Shown one piece after another: positions 36,125 through 44,643 of a DNA stretch of 58,395 bases (position 1 is its first letter; every line of letters starts with the position of its first letter). Under the pieces are notes generated by a model that was not told the DNA's origin, did no database searches, and was given only the letters and a program-made list of their open reading frames with translations. The translations under genes and the position numbers were made by a program. Source of the DNA: a virus; the IMG/VR virus record IMGVR_UViG_3300045988_082887; one strand, given 5' to 3'.

Positions 36125-36340
36125 TTATCGTTCACCTCTAAATTCACTTCCGAGAAACCGCTTCTTGCCACGTTCCCGATGCTTGTCCTCGTAGTTGCGG
36201 TGGTACACGCTCTGGCTGTGGTTAAGCTCATGCACGAACGCCTTGCGCTCCTCAAAGTCTTTCTTCTCTGCCTTGTACTTTTCGCAAGTGTCGTGGCAAG
36301 CTGTGCAGCGTGATATGCAGTTGAGACAACAGGTAATCAT
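36125..36340 (-). CDS. Cys-rich small protein (71 aa)
   Basis: The ATG at 36340 forms an ATGA overlap with the methyltransferase stop. Sequence begins MITCCLNCISRCTACHDTC. Confidence 0.55.
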   Translation of the reverse strand: MITCCLNCISRCTACHDTCEKYKAEKKDFEERKAFVHELNHSQSVYHRNYEDKHRERGKKRFLGSEFRGER

Positions 36341-37613
36341 TCTTCGCCGAATCTCCTTTTTGTAACGGCAATGGGGAACTCTTCGATTTCGGAAGCCCAT
36401 CGTGCCGTACCGTTTCCATAGGTCTTTTGCCAGACAAGTGGGAAGCCACCTATACCATCGAACAGACTGCCCAACGTGGCGCTTGTACTCAAATAGGGTT
36501 TCATCTTCTGCGCAATCCAGACCCACTGTGATAAGGCAATTGAGTTGCCAAGAGCTTTGTACCGTGGGCTGTCAGCGTACTTGTGCTTCTTTCCTTTGGT
36601 ATCTGTCCACTCGCCGATGTCCGTCCAGCCATCGGGAAACCCCTGCAGGCGCTCACACTCTGTCGGCATCAGGCGTCGGACGATCCAACGAACCGCTTTT
36701 TCTGCTACCAGAGACTCCCCGCCATATCCTACCGCGCCGCCGCTGCCCTTTAGCGTTCCGCCGCTTTCACTTTGTTTGAAGCTATCGTAAGATTGCTCGC
36801 TGAAAGCTCTTTGTTCTGCCACCTGCGGCCCGGAATGAGACCCGATACTCCTGCATGTAATGGGTGCAGCCTTATCGCCAGTCACGGCCCCGTTGTACAG
36901 GTCAACCGCAATGGCCGTGTAGTCCGTCACCCGGGACTCGTGATCTCCAGTGATAGTCGGGACTATAATACTGTCGCCATTTCCCCTGGCATCAAAGACG
37001 ACCGGCTGAAAGAGCGTCTGATTCTCCCACCACTCGATCATTTCCATCAGAGCCGTTTTGAGCAGGTCCGGCAGCGCTTTGCCACGCCGGGATGCTCTGG
37101 TCAGGATTCCCCGGCAGGCCCGTGCGCTCAAAAAGTATTTCTGTGGCACGTTGTCCTCTAAAATCCACGACAAGAGCGATTCTCTTTCGGCGTTGGGGCA
37201 CTCCCCAATATTGAGCGTCGAGCTGTCGCCATGCCAAAGACCATCCGCTTCCGGCGATTGCTCCGGCTTTGCTCCATCTACCCCCCCCTACCCGAAGGTC
37301 GAGGAATTGAAACGTCTGGCTGTTCAATGCGGGCAAGTTCTTCCAGCACGGCTCTGAAATCTTCTCCTCCGTTGGAACTGAATGCTCCGGGCACGTTTTC
37401 CCAAACAGCGAAAGTTGGATACATTCCATTGGTGGCTGTCCTCATTTCATTAATGATTCTTGCGGCATCCAAAAACAACACGGAACGGTCGTCGTCAAAT
37501 CCAAGCCTTTTCCCAGCCATAGACAAGCCCTGACAAGGGCTGCCAAACGTGATACAATCCACAGGCTCTATCTGGTCGCCGTGAATCTTTGTAATGTCGC
37601 CCAAGTGTTTCAT
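36337..37613 (-). pseudogene. DNA cytosine-5 methyltransferase, circularly permuted motif order, split over three reading frames
   Basis: Frame A (37613..37278) has GDITKI, GSPCQGLS and ENVPG. Frame B has DAQYWGVPQRRKR. Frame C (to 36337) has ILEDNVPQKYFLS, RRLMPTECERLQGFPDGWT and KALGNSIA, then SLFDGIGGF and EIEEFPIAV (motifs I-II) at the C-terminus. Confidence 0.75.
37281..37288 (-). repeat. G8 homopolymer (C8 on the plus strand) at the frame A/B/C junction of the methyltransferase
   Basis: Reads ...GGT AGG GGG GGG TAG. G7 would fuse frame A to frame B; G9 would fuse frame A to frame C. Confidence 0.9.
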
Positions 37614-37680
37614 CTTCTCAAACGCCCGTCCAGCCAGATAGCGCAGCTCTTATATAAGGTAGGTGGTCAGGGTTTATGTC

Positions 37681-38097
37681 CTAAAAGGGCAAATCCGATG
37701 AATCGTCAATCACAGAGAAGTCATCTGCGTTTCCCTGCGAATAGTTCTGTGGTGCATTCTGCGGCCGATCGGCGGGTTTGCTGTCAGACTTGCCACCGCA
37801 AAAGTCAACCTTGTTCGCCATAATTTCCGTTGCAGTGCGGTTGCTTCCCTGCTTGTCGGTATACTTCCGGGTCTGGATGCTACCAGTCACCAGAATCAGG
37901 CTGCCCTTCTGAAACCACTTGGAAACGAACAGTGCCGTATTACCAAATGCGGTGCAGTTAAAGAAGTCGGTTTCCTTCTGGCCGCCACTCTGACGGTCGC
38001 AGGCAATGCTGAACGTGCAAACATCCTTGCCAGACTTCGTGACCTTAGCTTCAGGCGTGTGAACCAGACGCCCCTGAATTGCGATAGAATTAAGCAT
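37681..38097 (-). CDS. ssb: Single-stranded DNA-binding protein
   Basis: OB-fold N-terminus IQGRLVHTPE and an acidic tail DDSSDLPF. Confidence 0.85.
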   Translation of the reverse strand: MLNSIAIQGRLVHTPEAKVTKSGKDVCTFSIACDRQSGGQKETDFFNCTAFGNTALFVSKWFQKGSLILVTGSIQTRKYTDKQGSNRTATEIMANKVDFCGGKSDSKPADRPQNAPQNYSQGNADDFSVIDDSSDLPF

Positions 38098-38100
38098 TGT

Positions 38101-38703
38101 TTAGCCCTCCTTCGGCTGTTTCTGGGCACAGTCCCAACACAGGACACGCCCAAAGCGTTTCTTCGTGCTTCTTGCAGTTTCCAGCGGAGTGACTGTGCGG
38201 TTGTTGTACTGAATAGGCTGCAACTGCTTTCCGCAGCAAGCGCATGGGGGAATGGTTTCCGCTTCCGTTTGCTTCTGCGCAGGCTTGTTTGACTTGCTTG
38301 TGGTCTGCTTCTGGTACTCGTCCGTGTCAGCGTCTTTCGTATCGTCAATGCAGAACAAACCGTTCAAGGCGTACTTTCTGGCGTAGCTGCTTGCAGTGCC
38401 GGTAAGTTGGGAATCTGACATACCAGATTGCTGCTTTGGCTCTCTGGCGTATGCCGTGTTAGATATTTTGTCTCCGGTCTCCGAATCGTAGATTGTTGCA
38501 GTCGCTTTGATATAGTGGTACTCGCCACTCTGTACGGGCTCGTCTTCAAGAACAAGACAGGCTCCGTATTTCGCAAGGAGGGGTTTTACTGCTTCCAGAA
38601 TGTCCTCGCAACTGCGGTAATTGTACTTACCAAAAGAATTGCGCTGGCTTTTTGGGGCTTTCAGCTCGCCTTGAATTTTGGAAAGCTTCACAAGTGTTTC
38701 CAT
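38101..38703 (-). CDS. ERF-family single-strand annealing recombinase
   Basis: LSKIQGELKAPKSQRNSFGKYNYRSCEDILEAVKPLL and SYARKYALNGLF. The ATG at 38703 follows GGAAGGAGAAAT. Confidence 0.7.
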   Translation of the reverse strand: METLVKLSKIQGELKAPKSQRNSFGKYNYRSCEDILEAVKPLLAKYGACLVLEDEPVQSGEYHYIKATATIYDSETGDKISNTAYAREPKQQSGMSDSQLTGTASSYARKYALNGLFCIDDTKDADTDEYQKQTTSKSNKPAQKQTEAETIPPCACCGKQLQPIQYNNRTVTPLETARSTKKRFGRVLCWDCAQKQPKEG

Positions 38704-39151
38704 ATTTCTCCTTCCATAAAGCATCTTTTGCTTTCTTAGCTTCTTCTATGGTTTTGAATCGGTATGTTTTGCCGCTAAAGTGGAACGAATATCTGCGTTT
38801 CAAACCTTTCGTTGAACGGTCTTCGTAGATTCCGTACTCGCCAGTTAAAGTGTTTCTGGCCTGAACAGTATTTGCAACATTATCAGCTTGGGTTACGCAG
38901 CGAAGATTCTCAATCCTGTTGTCTGTCCTGATTCCATTGATATGATCGATTACTCCAATAGGCATTAGCCCATAATGAAGTGCGTACACAAGGCGGTGTG
39001 CTTTGTATTGTTTTCCTTTGATTTTTACAATCAAATAACCGTCTTTATCGTAGCTTCCTGCGCTGTTTTTCCTATCTTTTCTGTGTAACGTACCGTCAGA
39101 ATCAACGTAAAACCATTTGCAAAGATACTCGACAAGTTCCTTATCGTTCAT
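38627..39151 (-). CDS. HNH homing-type endonuclease (NUMOD4 + HNH_3 + AP2-like)
   Basis: AHRLVYALHYG...IDHINGIRTDNRIENLRCVTQADN. Its 3' end overlaps the ERF start by 77 nt. Confidence 0.85.
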   Translation of the reverse strand: MNDKELVEYLCKWFYVDSDGTLHRKDRKNSAGSYDKDGYLIVKIKGKQYKAHRLVYALHYGLMPIGVIDHINGIRTDNRIENLRCVTQADNVANTVQARNTLTGEYGIYEDRSTKGLKRRYSFHFSGKTYRFKTIEEAKKAKDALWKEKYGNTCEAFQNSRRAESPKKPAQFFW

Positions 39152-39224
39152 AAAATCGCCCTCCTTTCTTCGGCTTCATTAGGCTTCATTGTTATTACTT
39201 TGGCTTAATACGGCTGTATAGAAA

Positions 39225-39425
39225 TCAACCAGCCATCAGTTCTGCCAACTGCGCACGGAGGTCTTTCAACTCTGCTTCCCTGTCCTCAATCTCGGACTGC
39301 AAGTCCTCGATCGCTGCCAGCCGGTCAGCTTCTTTCGCTTCTGCCATCTGTTCGTTGGTCATGAAATACACGCCGCCCTCCGGCTCTGTCACGCCACCGA
39401 ATCTATCTAGGTTCACGCTCATCAT
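39225..39425 (-). CDS. Hypothetical coiled-coil protein
   Basis: ORF; the start is uncertain. Confidence 0.4.
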   Translation of the reverse strand: MMSVNLDRFGGVTEPEGGVYFMTNEQMAEAKEADRLAAIEDLQSEIEDREAELKDLRAQLAELMAG

Positions 39426-39624
39426 TCTTTCTGGGCCGTCCTCTCTGTTTTCTGTGCTCTTGGATTTGAAGAGCTGAGTACCACTGGCTTGTGTCGATTT
39501 CAATGGTAGACCACCGGTAATCGCATTCTTTATTCAAGCAATGCTTTCTGCGAATAATGCAATCGTCCTCGTTTCTAGTGTCGACGGTCGTAACACTTTC
39601 CTGTCCGCACATCGGGCATTTCAC
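39403..39624 (-). CDS. Zinc-ribbon protein (NrdR-N-terminal-like)
   Basis: The GTG at 39624 follows GGAGGG and forms a GTGA overlap. Sequence KCPMCGQ...RRKHCLNKECDYRW. Confidence 0.45.
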   Translation of the reverse strand: MKCPMCGQESVTTVDTRNEDDCIIRRKHCLNKECDYRWSTIEIDTSQWYSALQIQEHRKQRGRPRKNDEREPR

Positions 39625-39881
39625 TGAGCATCCCTCCACTCGTTGGTGTGGTGGGCCACTCGCTTGATCTTACGGTTTTCGCGTTCAATACGCTCATTCT
39701 CCGCGCTAACGCCGATAATAGCGAGAATCAAAGCAGTAAAAAGCATTGAGACGGACAGCAGCGCATATCCAAGCATCCCCCAGCTATTAGAAGCACCGTT
39801 GATGGCGTTTCCACATCCAAGTGCTGCAACGGCGATGGATATGCTTATAAAGCACAATACAGTGCCTTTAACAGTTTTCAT
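39621..39881 (-). CDS. Small membrane protein
   Basis: Two TM segments. Confidence 0.5.
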   Translation of the reverse strand: MKTVKGTVLCFISISIAVAALGCGNAINGASNSWGMLGYALLSVSMLFTALILAIIGVSAENERIERENRKIKRVAHHTNEWRDAQ

Positions 39882-40113
39882 TTCTCTTCACCTCTTTTAA
39901 GACAATATCAAATCCGCTTGGCTTGTTTTCACTAATGGCAATCTTTGCATTCAAGGCCTTTGCGATTTTTAGAAGCGTATCGACCCGAACGGAACTTTTC
40001 TGCTTCTTTCGCTTGCCCAAGATGCTGTAAATCGTCGGCCTTGATACTCCCGATCTGCGGCTAAGGTCGTTGATGTTGAAGTACCTGGCTTTCATTGCAT
40101 CTTCCAGCGTCAT
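39868..40113 (-). CDS. XRE-type HTH protein
   Basis: INDLSRRSGVSRPTIYSIL. Confidence 0.6.
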   Translation of the reverse strand: MTLEDAMKARYFNINDLSRRSGVSRPTIYSILGKRKKQKSSVRVDTLLKIAKALNAKIAISENKPSGFDIVLKEVKRNENC

Positions 40114-40301
40114 GCTTTCTTACCTGTGCTGAAAACCCAGCATGTGGCCATCAGAGCGCTGATCCCGATAATGTACCAGGTCATTTTAGCTCCGACCAGA
40201 AGCTCGATATGATGCACCAGCCAGAAGTTTAGCAGGAACGCTGCTAGAACCAATGCCAGGACAATGCCCCAAATCAGGGCAATTTCTACGAATGCTTTCA
40301 T
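40110..40301 (-). CDS. Small membrane protein
   Basis: Two TM segments; ATGA overlap. Confidence 0.5.
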   Translation of the reverse strand: MKAFVEIALIWGIVLALVLAAFLLNFWLVHHIELLVGAKMTWYIIGISALMATCWVFSTGKKA

Positions 40302-40381
40302 TCTTGTCCTTTCTTTTATGAATGTGTTCCAGCCGGTCTTTCTCCCGGCTGTGCCAGCGGATTTCCCGCTTGCCGTAGTAT

Positions 40382-40852
40382 TTACCGTTCATCAGGAGCC
40401 TTCACCTTTCCCTGTGCAAGTAAAGTACTGTAATGGCCGTAGCTCATGCCGTATCGTTTTGCGGCATCGTTCATCTGTCGCACGGTATACTTTGGAGGCT
40501 CGTGCTTTTGAGGTCTCGCACGTTCTGGCTCCTGCACATCCCAAGTAATTTTGAACTCACCAGATGCTTTTAGCTCATTCATCTCTTTTTGCTTTTTGGC
40601 TTTGTACTTTTTGGTCAAAGCCTTGTTTGCATCTGCTGCGCATTCAGGGTGATACTTCTGAGACCAGACCTTCCGAACCATTGGCTTCTTGCACCAAGCG
40701 CATAAAGCCGGTTCCGGCTTAGCCTTGATTCCTTTCTTTATAAGGTCCTGCCGTTCTCTGCGAACAATGATTTTACATTCTTCACAGTATTTCTTGCACG
40801 GATTTACAAGGCCAAGAAATACACCGCAGCGCTCACAGTACTTTTCTTCCAC
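40382..40852 (-). CDS. Zinc-finger / HTH-like hypothetical protein
   Basis: CERCG...CEEC, CAWC...HPEC, and a C-terminal YGMSYGHYSTL. Confidence 0.45.
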   Translation of the reverse strand: MEEKYCERCGVFLGLVNPCKKYCEECKIIVRRERQDLIKKGIKAKPEPALCAWCKKPMVRKVWSQKYHPECAADANKALTKKYKAKKQKEMNELKASGEFKITWDVQEPERARPQKHEPPKYTVRQMNDAAKRYGMSYGHYSTLLAQGKVKAPDER

Positions 40853-41024
40853 GCTGCATCTCCTCTTTTAGCCTGGCTTCCCGATTGTGGCGTTCAAAGC
40901 ACTGATTGATGGTTTTCTCCATCCAAAGCACCTTGTTGGCATCGTTTCTGGACACGCCAGCTGCCATCGCCAGTTTTAATTTGCGCTTGTGGCTTTGCGC
41001 CTTGCGAAAATTCGTCACCAGCAC
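40833..41024 (-). CDS. Hypothetical protein (63 aa)
   Basis: ORF within the operon. Confidence 0.4.
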   Translation of the reverse strand: MLVTNFRKAQSHKRKLKLAMAAGVSRNDANKVLWMEKTINQCFERHNREARLKEEMQRGRKVL

Positions 41025-41392
41025 TCACCAGCCTTGTCTGTGATAAACTTCGGGACTTCCCGACCTGTGGCAATGCACAGTGCAACCAGCCTTTCGACCC
41101 AGATGTCACGCAGCCCTTTTTCGGTCATATAACACTGACCAACTTTAGGCTCTCTGAAATCGTTCCAGATCGTCAGCCCAACAGCGCCATCAGTGATTGT
41201 CCAGATCATGCTGTAACCATCGTCGCACAGATCGAACAAAATTTTTTGCGCCCTGATTTTGGTTTCGTTGAGCTCGCAAGCTTCCCAGTGCTTTTTGCTG
41301 CTTTCTTCGTAGGCTTTCACAGCCTCGTCAATGGCAAACTTCGCATCGTCCGGGTGCTCTAGGTCTACCTTCAATGTCAAAATCTGTTCCAT
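41015..41392 (-). CDS. Hypothetical protein (125 aa)
   Basis: ORF within the operon. Confidence 0.5.
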   Translation of the reverse strand: MEQILTLKVDLEHPDDAKFAIDEAVKAYEESSKKHWEACELNETKIRAQKILFDLCDDGYSMIWTITDGAVGLTIWNDFREPKVGQCYMTEKGLRDIWVERLVALCIATGREVPKFITDKAGECW

Positions 41393-41394
41393 GT

Positions 41395-42147
41395 TCAGCC
41401 CTCCGCTTTCTTGCTCTTCTCCGTCTTTAAGAAGAAATTAACGAAATAGACTTGACCGATACCCGTCACCTTCGGGGTCTTATTGATAGAAGTGTGCCCA
41501 TCGGAATGTGCAATGGACGTTTCCTTGATTTCAAACAAGCGAAGTTCCATAGACTTCTGCGTTGGCATATTGTAGTCCGTCCGCTTCTTGTCTTTAATCA
41601 AGTATCCGTTCTCACGCATCCACTGGAACAGGCGGTTCTGCCCCATCTGGATGCCGTTCTGCGACAGCAGCTTTGCCATCTCACCAACAAGAATGCTTTG
41701 GCTGCTTGCGCTCACAGCGTCAGCGAAAAGCGCTTTCGGCTTCATGGTTTCAATCTGCTTGTCCTTTTCTTCCAGTTCCTCGTGTGCTGCGATCAATGCA
41801 GTTGCAAGGAGCTGCGAGCGGGTAAGCTGCGGCTGTTCGGTCAGCTTCTTCTCCATCTCGTTGAATGCTGCGATATACTTGAGCTTCCACTCAAGAGCAG
41901 CCTTTCCGGTAAAGCCCATAGCCAGCAGTGTAAAGCCGTCACGGTTCATCAGGTACATGGGGTACTGCTTGCCCCTGTTCTCAAACGTGGTTTCGTAAAA
42001 CATGGATTTGGTGGCGGAATTTTCCGCCGCCAAAATCTGCCGTATACTCTCCAAAGTGTCCTTGTGTTCCTTTCCGAAGTTCTCGGCAACCTGACGGCTA
42101 GACGCTACCGGTTCGCCACTTTTCGTGGATAGTACGATTTCGTTCAT
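41395..42147 (-). CDS. Rha-family regulator / antirepressor (paralog of 20545..21327)
   Basis: SSRQVAENFGKEHKDT and YLMNRDGFTLLAMGFTGKAALEWKLKYIAAFN. The ATG at 42147 follows GAGAGGAAAA. Confidence 0.75.
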   Translation of the reverse strand: MNEIVLSTKSGEPVASSRQVAENFGKEHKDTLESIRQILAAENSATKSMFYETTFENRGKQYPMYLMNRDGFTLLAMGFTGKAALEWKLKYIAAFNEMEKKLTEQPQLTRSQLLATALIAAHEELEEKDKQIETMKPKALFADAVSASSQSILVGEMAKLLSQNGIQMGQNRLFQWMRENGYLIKDKKRTDYNMPTQKSMELRLFEIKETSIAHSDGHTSINKTPKVTGIGQVYFVNFFLKTEKSKKAEG

Positions 42148-42207
42148 TTTTCCTCTCTTTCTTTTTTGTGTTTTCATGCTCAAATATTTTCGCTGTCACA
42201 GTTCAGG

Positions 42208-42429
42208 TTAATTTTCGGGTTTCTGCTCGATTTCCAGAATCTTACAGATGCTCTGGATAATCTTCTCCGGCTTTCGCTCGCCACGAAGAATCTTGTAGAG
42301 GTACGAATCATCAAGGAACAATCCAGTATCGCTTTGAACCTCCTGAATCAGCTCCGTTTGCTTCATACCTCGCTGCAACAGCTTCATCTTCACTTCCAGC
42401 TCAAAGCCAGAACGGAAGTTTTCTTTCAA
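42208..42429 (-). CDS. Cro-like small HTH regulator
   Basis: 73 aa, first gene of the leftward early operon, divergent from the cI-like gene. Confidence 0.55.
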   Translation of the reverse strand: MKENFRSGFELEVKMKLLQRGMKQTELIQEVQSDTGLFLDDSYLYKILRGERKPEKIIQSICKILEIEQKPEN

Positions 42430-42456
42430 AATTCCACCTCCATTTGCTAAAATCTA

Positions 42457-42485
42457 TTGACAAGTACGGAAAACTGTACTAATAT
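42457..42485 (+). promoter_or_regulatory. Distal rightward promoter TTGACA-17-TAATAT, with operator 1 in its spacer
   Basis: Read directly. It faces the leftward promoter. Confidence 0.5.
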
Positions 42486-42588
42486 AATGGTGTAGAGAGT
42501 TCATATCGTACAGTGTTCTGTACTGCCCATGTCTGTATTATAGTACAGGCTTCTGTACAAGTCAACTCTTTTGTACAAAATTCTGTGC
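42464..42588. promoter_or_regulatory. Four operators, consensus GTACAG-N4-CTGTAC
   Basis: GTACGGAAAACTGTAC at 42464; GTACAGTGTTCTGTAC at 42508; GTACAGGCTTCTGTAC at 42543; GTACAAAATTCTGTGC at 42573. Confidence 0.8.
42537..42565 (-). promoter_or_regulatory. Leftward early promoter TTGACT-17-TATAAT, with operator 3 as its spacer
   Basis: Reverse complement of AGTCAA (42560..42565) and ATTATA (42537..42542). Confidence 0.65.
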
Positions 42589-42599
42589 ATTTGTATACT
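42571..42599 (+). promoter_or_regulatory. Proximal rightward promoter TTGTAC-17-TATACT, with operator 4 in its spacer
   Basis: Read directly. It is back-to-back with the leftward promoter. Confidence 0.5.
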
Positions 42600-42622
42600 T
42601 GCACAAATATGGGAGTGTTCTT

Positions 42623-42952
42623 ATGTCGGACTTGTACAACAACATCCATGCACTCTGCGAAAAAGAGGGAATTAAAGACGGAACTCTTTGTGCCAACATC
42701 GGGATTCGCCGTAGTTTTCTTTCCGAGTTAAAATCCGGGAGAACCAAGAGCCTGTCCGCAGAGGTTCTTTCTAAAATTGCAGCCTACTTCAACGTATCGG
42801 TAGACTACCTTCTCAATGGCGAACAAAAAGAAAACCCGCCCCAGCAGCCGCAAAGTGAAGTCGATGCAGCATTGGAGCGGATTAGAAAAAAGCTTGAATC
42901 TATGCCAAAGGAACAGCGTGAAGCGCTGATGAACCTGATCGAGAAGATGTGA
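42623..42952 (+). CDS. cI-like XRE-family repressor without a peptidase domain
   Basis: The ATG at 42623 follows GGGAG. HTH is LCANIGIRRSFLSELKSGR; 109 aa, with no S24 domain. Confidence 0.7.
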   Translation: MSDLYNNIHALCEKEGIKDGTLCANIGIRRSFLSELKSGRTKSLSAEVLSKIAAYFNVSVDYLLNGEQKENPPQQPQSEVDAALERIRKKLESMPKEQREALMNLIEKM

Positions 42953-42961
42953 GGTAAGATT

Positions 42962-43093
42962 TTGTATTACCTATTGTGTGGATGTGCCTTTTGCTTCTGG
43001 TTCATGCAGGCCTTGTTAAAAGGCAATGACCGTGCGCTATATGGCAACGGCAGAAAATATCGTTACCGCAAAAGAAAGAACCACTGGTTTTAA
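42962..43093 (+). CDS. 43-aa Cys/aromatic-rich peptide, not in the ORF track
   Basis: TTG start after GAGGTAAG; YYLLCGCAFCFWF followed by a basic tail. Confidence 0.3.
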   Translation: MYYLLCGCAFCFWFMQALLKGNDRALYGNGRKYRYRKRKNHWF

Positions 43094-43102
43094 GTGAGGT
43101 GG

Positions 43103-43579
43103 ATGATGAAAAAGCACAGCAAAGAAGAGCTTCTTAACGATAAAAGCAGTCACATGGGTGCAAGGTTTATGTACTCGTTCGGAATGGTTTTCATTGTGTT
43201 TTCCTTTCTTCTCCTGATGTATTCAACCACTGCCTTTATCATTTGTATGGCGGTTGGTCTGTTTTTGTTCTTTAAGGGCAAAAAGGAATACAATCTTTTT
43301 ATGGAGAAAAATAAGCTAAAGCAGAAAATGTACAAAACGCCTATAAAAGCAAAGATTGTCGCTTCTGGGGTTAGTAAGAAAGCAGGAAGCGCTGCTGTTC
43401 GCACAGCGGTCGGCGGTGCTGTTGGTGGGCTTCCTGGTGCTATTTATGGCTCTGCTACTGCAAAATCCAAAGCCGATGTGACGTTCTATGTCACCTACGA
43501 GGACGGGCACAAGGCATCCGAAACCGTAAGCGCAAATTCTTCTAGGTTCAATGAGCTGATGAAAGTCTGTGAAGATTAA
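43103..43579 (+). CDS. Membrane protein of unknown function
   Basis: Two TM segments followed by a Gly/Ala-rich segment. Confidence 0.55.
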   Translation: MMKKHSKEELLNDKSSHMGARFMYSFGMVFIVFSFLLLMYSTTAFIICMAVGLFLFFKGKKEYNLFMEKNKLKQKMYKTPIKAKIVASGVSKKAGSAAVRTAVGGAVGGLPGAIYGSATAKSKADVTFYVTYEDGHKASETVSANSSRFNELMKVCED

Positions 43580-43590
43580 CCCGGTAAAAT

Positions 43591-43640
43591 AAAAACCCCT
43601 TGTGCCGGGCTGGTGTAGCTCTGCGCAAGGGGTTTTCTGT
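43591..43640. terminator. Bidirectional rho-independent terminator
   Basis: AAAAACCCCTTG ... CAAGGGGTTTT. Confidence 0.7.
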
Positions 43641-43741
43641 TACTCTAGGTCTAGTGCTTGTTCCGCTGCCGGAATCTTTTCAGGGTGTTCCAGCAGCCAT
43701 GCGATAAACCTGTCAATCTTAGCTCTTTCTTGTTCGCTCAT
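43640..43741 (-). CDS. 33-aa hypothetical protein, not in the ORF track
   Basis: GGGAGGAT RBS; MSEQERAKIDRFIAWLLEHPEKIPAAEQALDLE. Confidence 0.4.
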   Translation of the reverse strand: MSEQERAKIDRFIAWLLEHPEKIPAAEQALDLE

Positions 43742-43927
43742 TGCAGCATATCCTCCCGATCAGTAAATACGATTGTTCATTTGATACGATTATACATCTT
43801 CCAGTTGTATAGCCAATACAATTTGAACAACTTCGCAAAAATCGAACGTTTTCTTTGCATCCGTTACTTTGCATCGGGGAAGCCAAAAATTGCAATGACA
43901 ATGATTAAGAGCCACATTAAGTTTAAG

Positions 43928-44173
43928 TTACCCTTTGCTCTGTAACATTCCGTTGAGCATGGAACGAAAAGGGTTATCCGGTAAATCGTCCAGCACATCT
44001 GCTTTGACGAGAGCGTTTGTGCTGATGCTGTGCGAAACATTGTTTAGCTGCACAATGGCATCGTCTAAGTCTTTTACGGTTGCTCCACGCCGTTCCATTG
44101 ACTGGAGGAAAGTTTTCACTTCTTCAAGAACGACAGGGTTCTCGGCTTTATAGAATCCATTCGTAAAGTCCAT
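43928..44173 (-). CDS. Hypothetical protein (81 aa)
   Basis: ORF with the RBS GAAAGGAGAAG. Confidence 0.5.
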   Translation of the reverse strand: MDFTNGFYKAENPVVLEEVKTFLQSMERRGATVKDLDDAIVQLNNVSHSISTNALVKADVLDDLPDNPFRSMLNGMLQSKG

Positions 44174-44185
44174 CTTCTTCTCCTT

Positions 44186-44392
44186 TCACAGTTCCACAAG
44201 CTGTCCGTCAATGCGTTCGATGTTATTTGCCGGGTCGCGCCCATCGTCTAAGGCGGCTACGGCACGTTCTAGGATGCCTTTTGCTTCGAGGTAAGCATCT
44301 TTATCAGCTTCGTACCCAGAAAGGCTCAGGACAAGCTCCAGCGTCCGTCTGCGGGCGTATGGGATAATCAGAGCATCTACAGTTCGGTTCAT
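44186..44392 (-). CDS. Hypothetical protein (68 aa)
   Basis: The ATG at 44392 follows GGGAGGAAGG, with a TAATG overlap to the upstream ORF. Confidence 0.5.
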   Translation of the reverse strand: MNRTVDALIIPYARRRTLELVLSLSGYEADKDAYLEAKGILERAVAALDDGRDPANNIERIDGQLVEL

Positions 44393-44502
44393 TAGCCTTC
44401 CTCCCATGGTTCAGGTGTGTGTGGCTGCCCATCGGTAACGCTGGCAGGCATTCCGTCGATGATTGGCATACGTTCATGGTTCCAGATTGCAGTTTCTTTC
44501 AT
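44392..44502 (-). CDS. 36-aa hypothetical protein, not in the ORF track
   Basis: GAGGAAGGG RBS; coupled to the next gene. Confidence 0.4.
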   Translation of the reverse strand: MKETAIWNHERMPIIDGMPASVTDGQPHTPEPWEEG

Positions 44503-44643
44503 TTTTGTTCCCTTCCTCTTTGGAATTTTTTGACAATACAGTTATAACATAGGCTGCTGTTGGTTCTCCATAGCAGCTTTTTCCATTTTTTGGCTTGTCG
44601 AATCCGGCAGTTTTGTAGAATTTTGTTGAAAGGGCGTGAATTT

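Noticed and set aside
36992-37429. Track ORF 36992..37429 as an independent gene
   Set aside because: It carries methyltransferase motif VIII (DAQYWGVPQRRKR) and is contiguous with the flanking methyltransferase frames. It is one frame of the disrupted gene.
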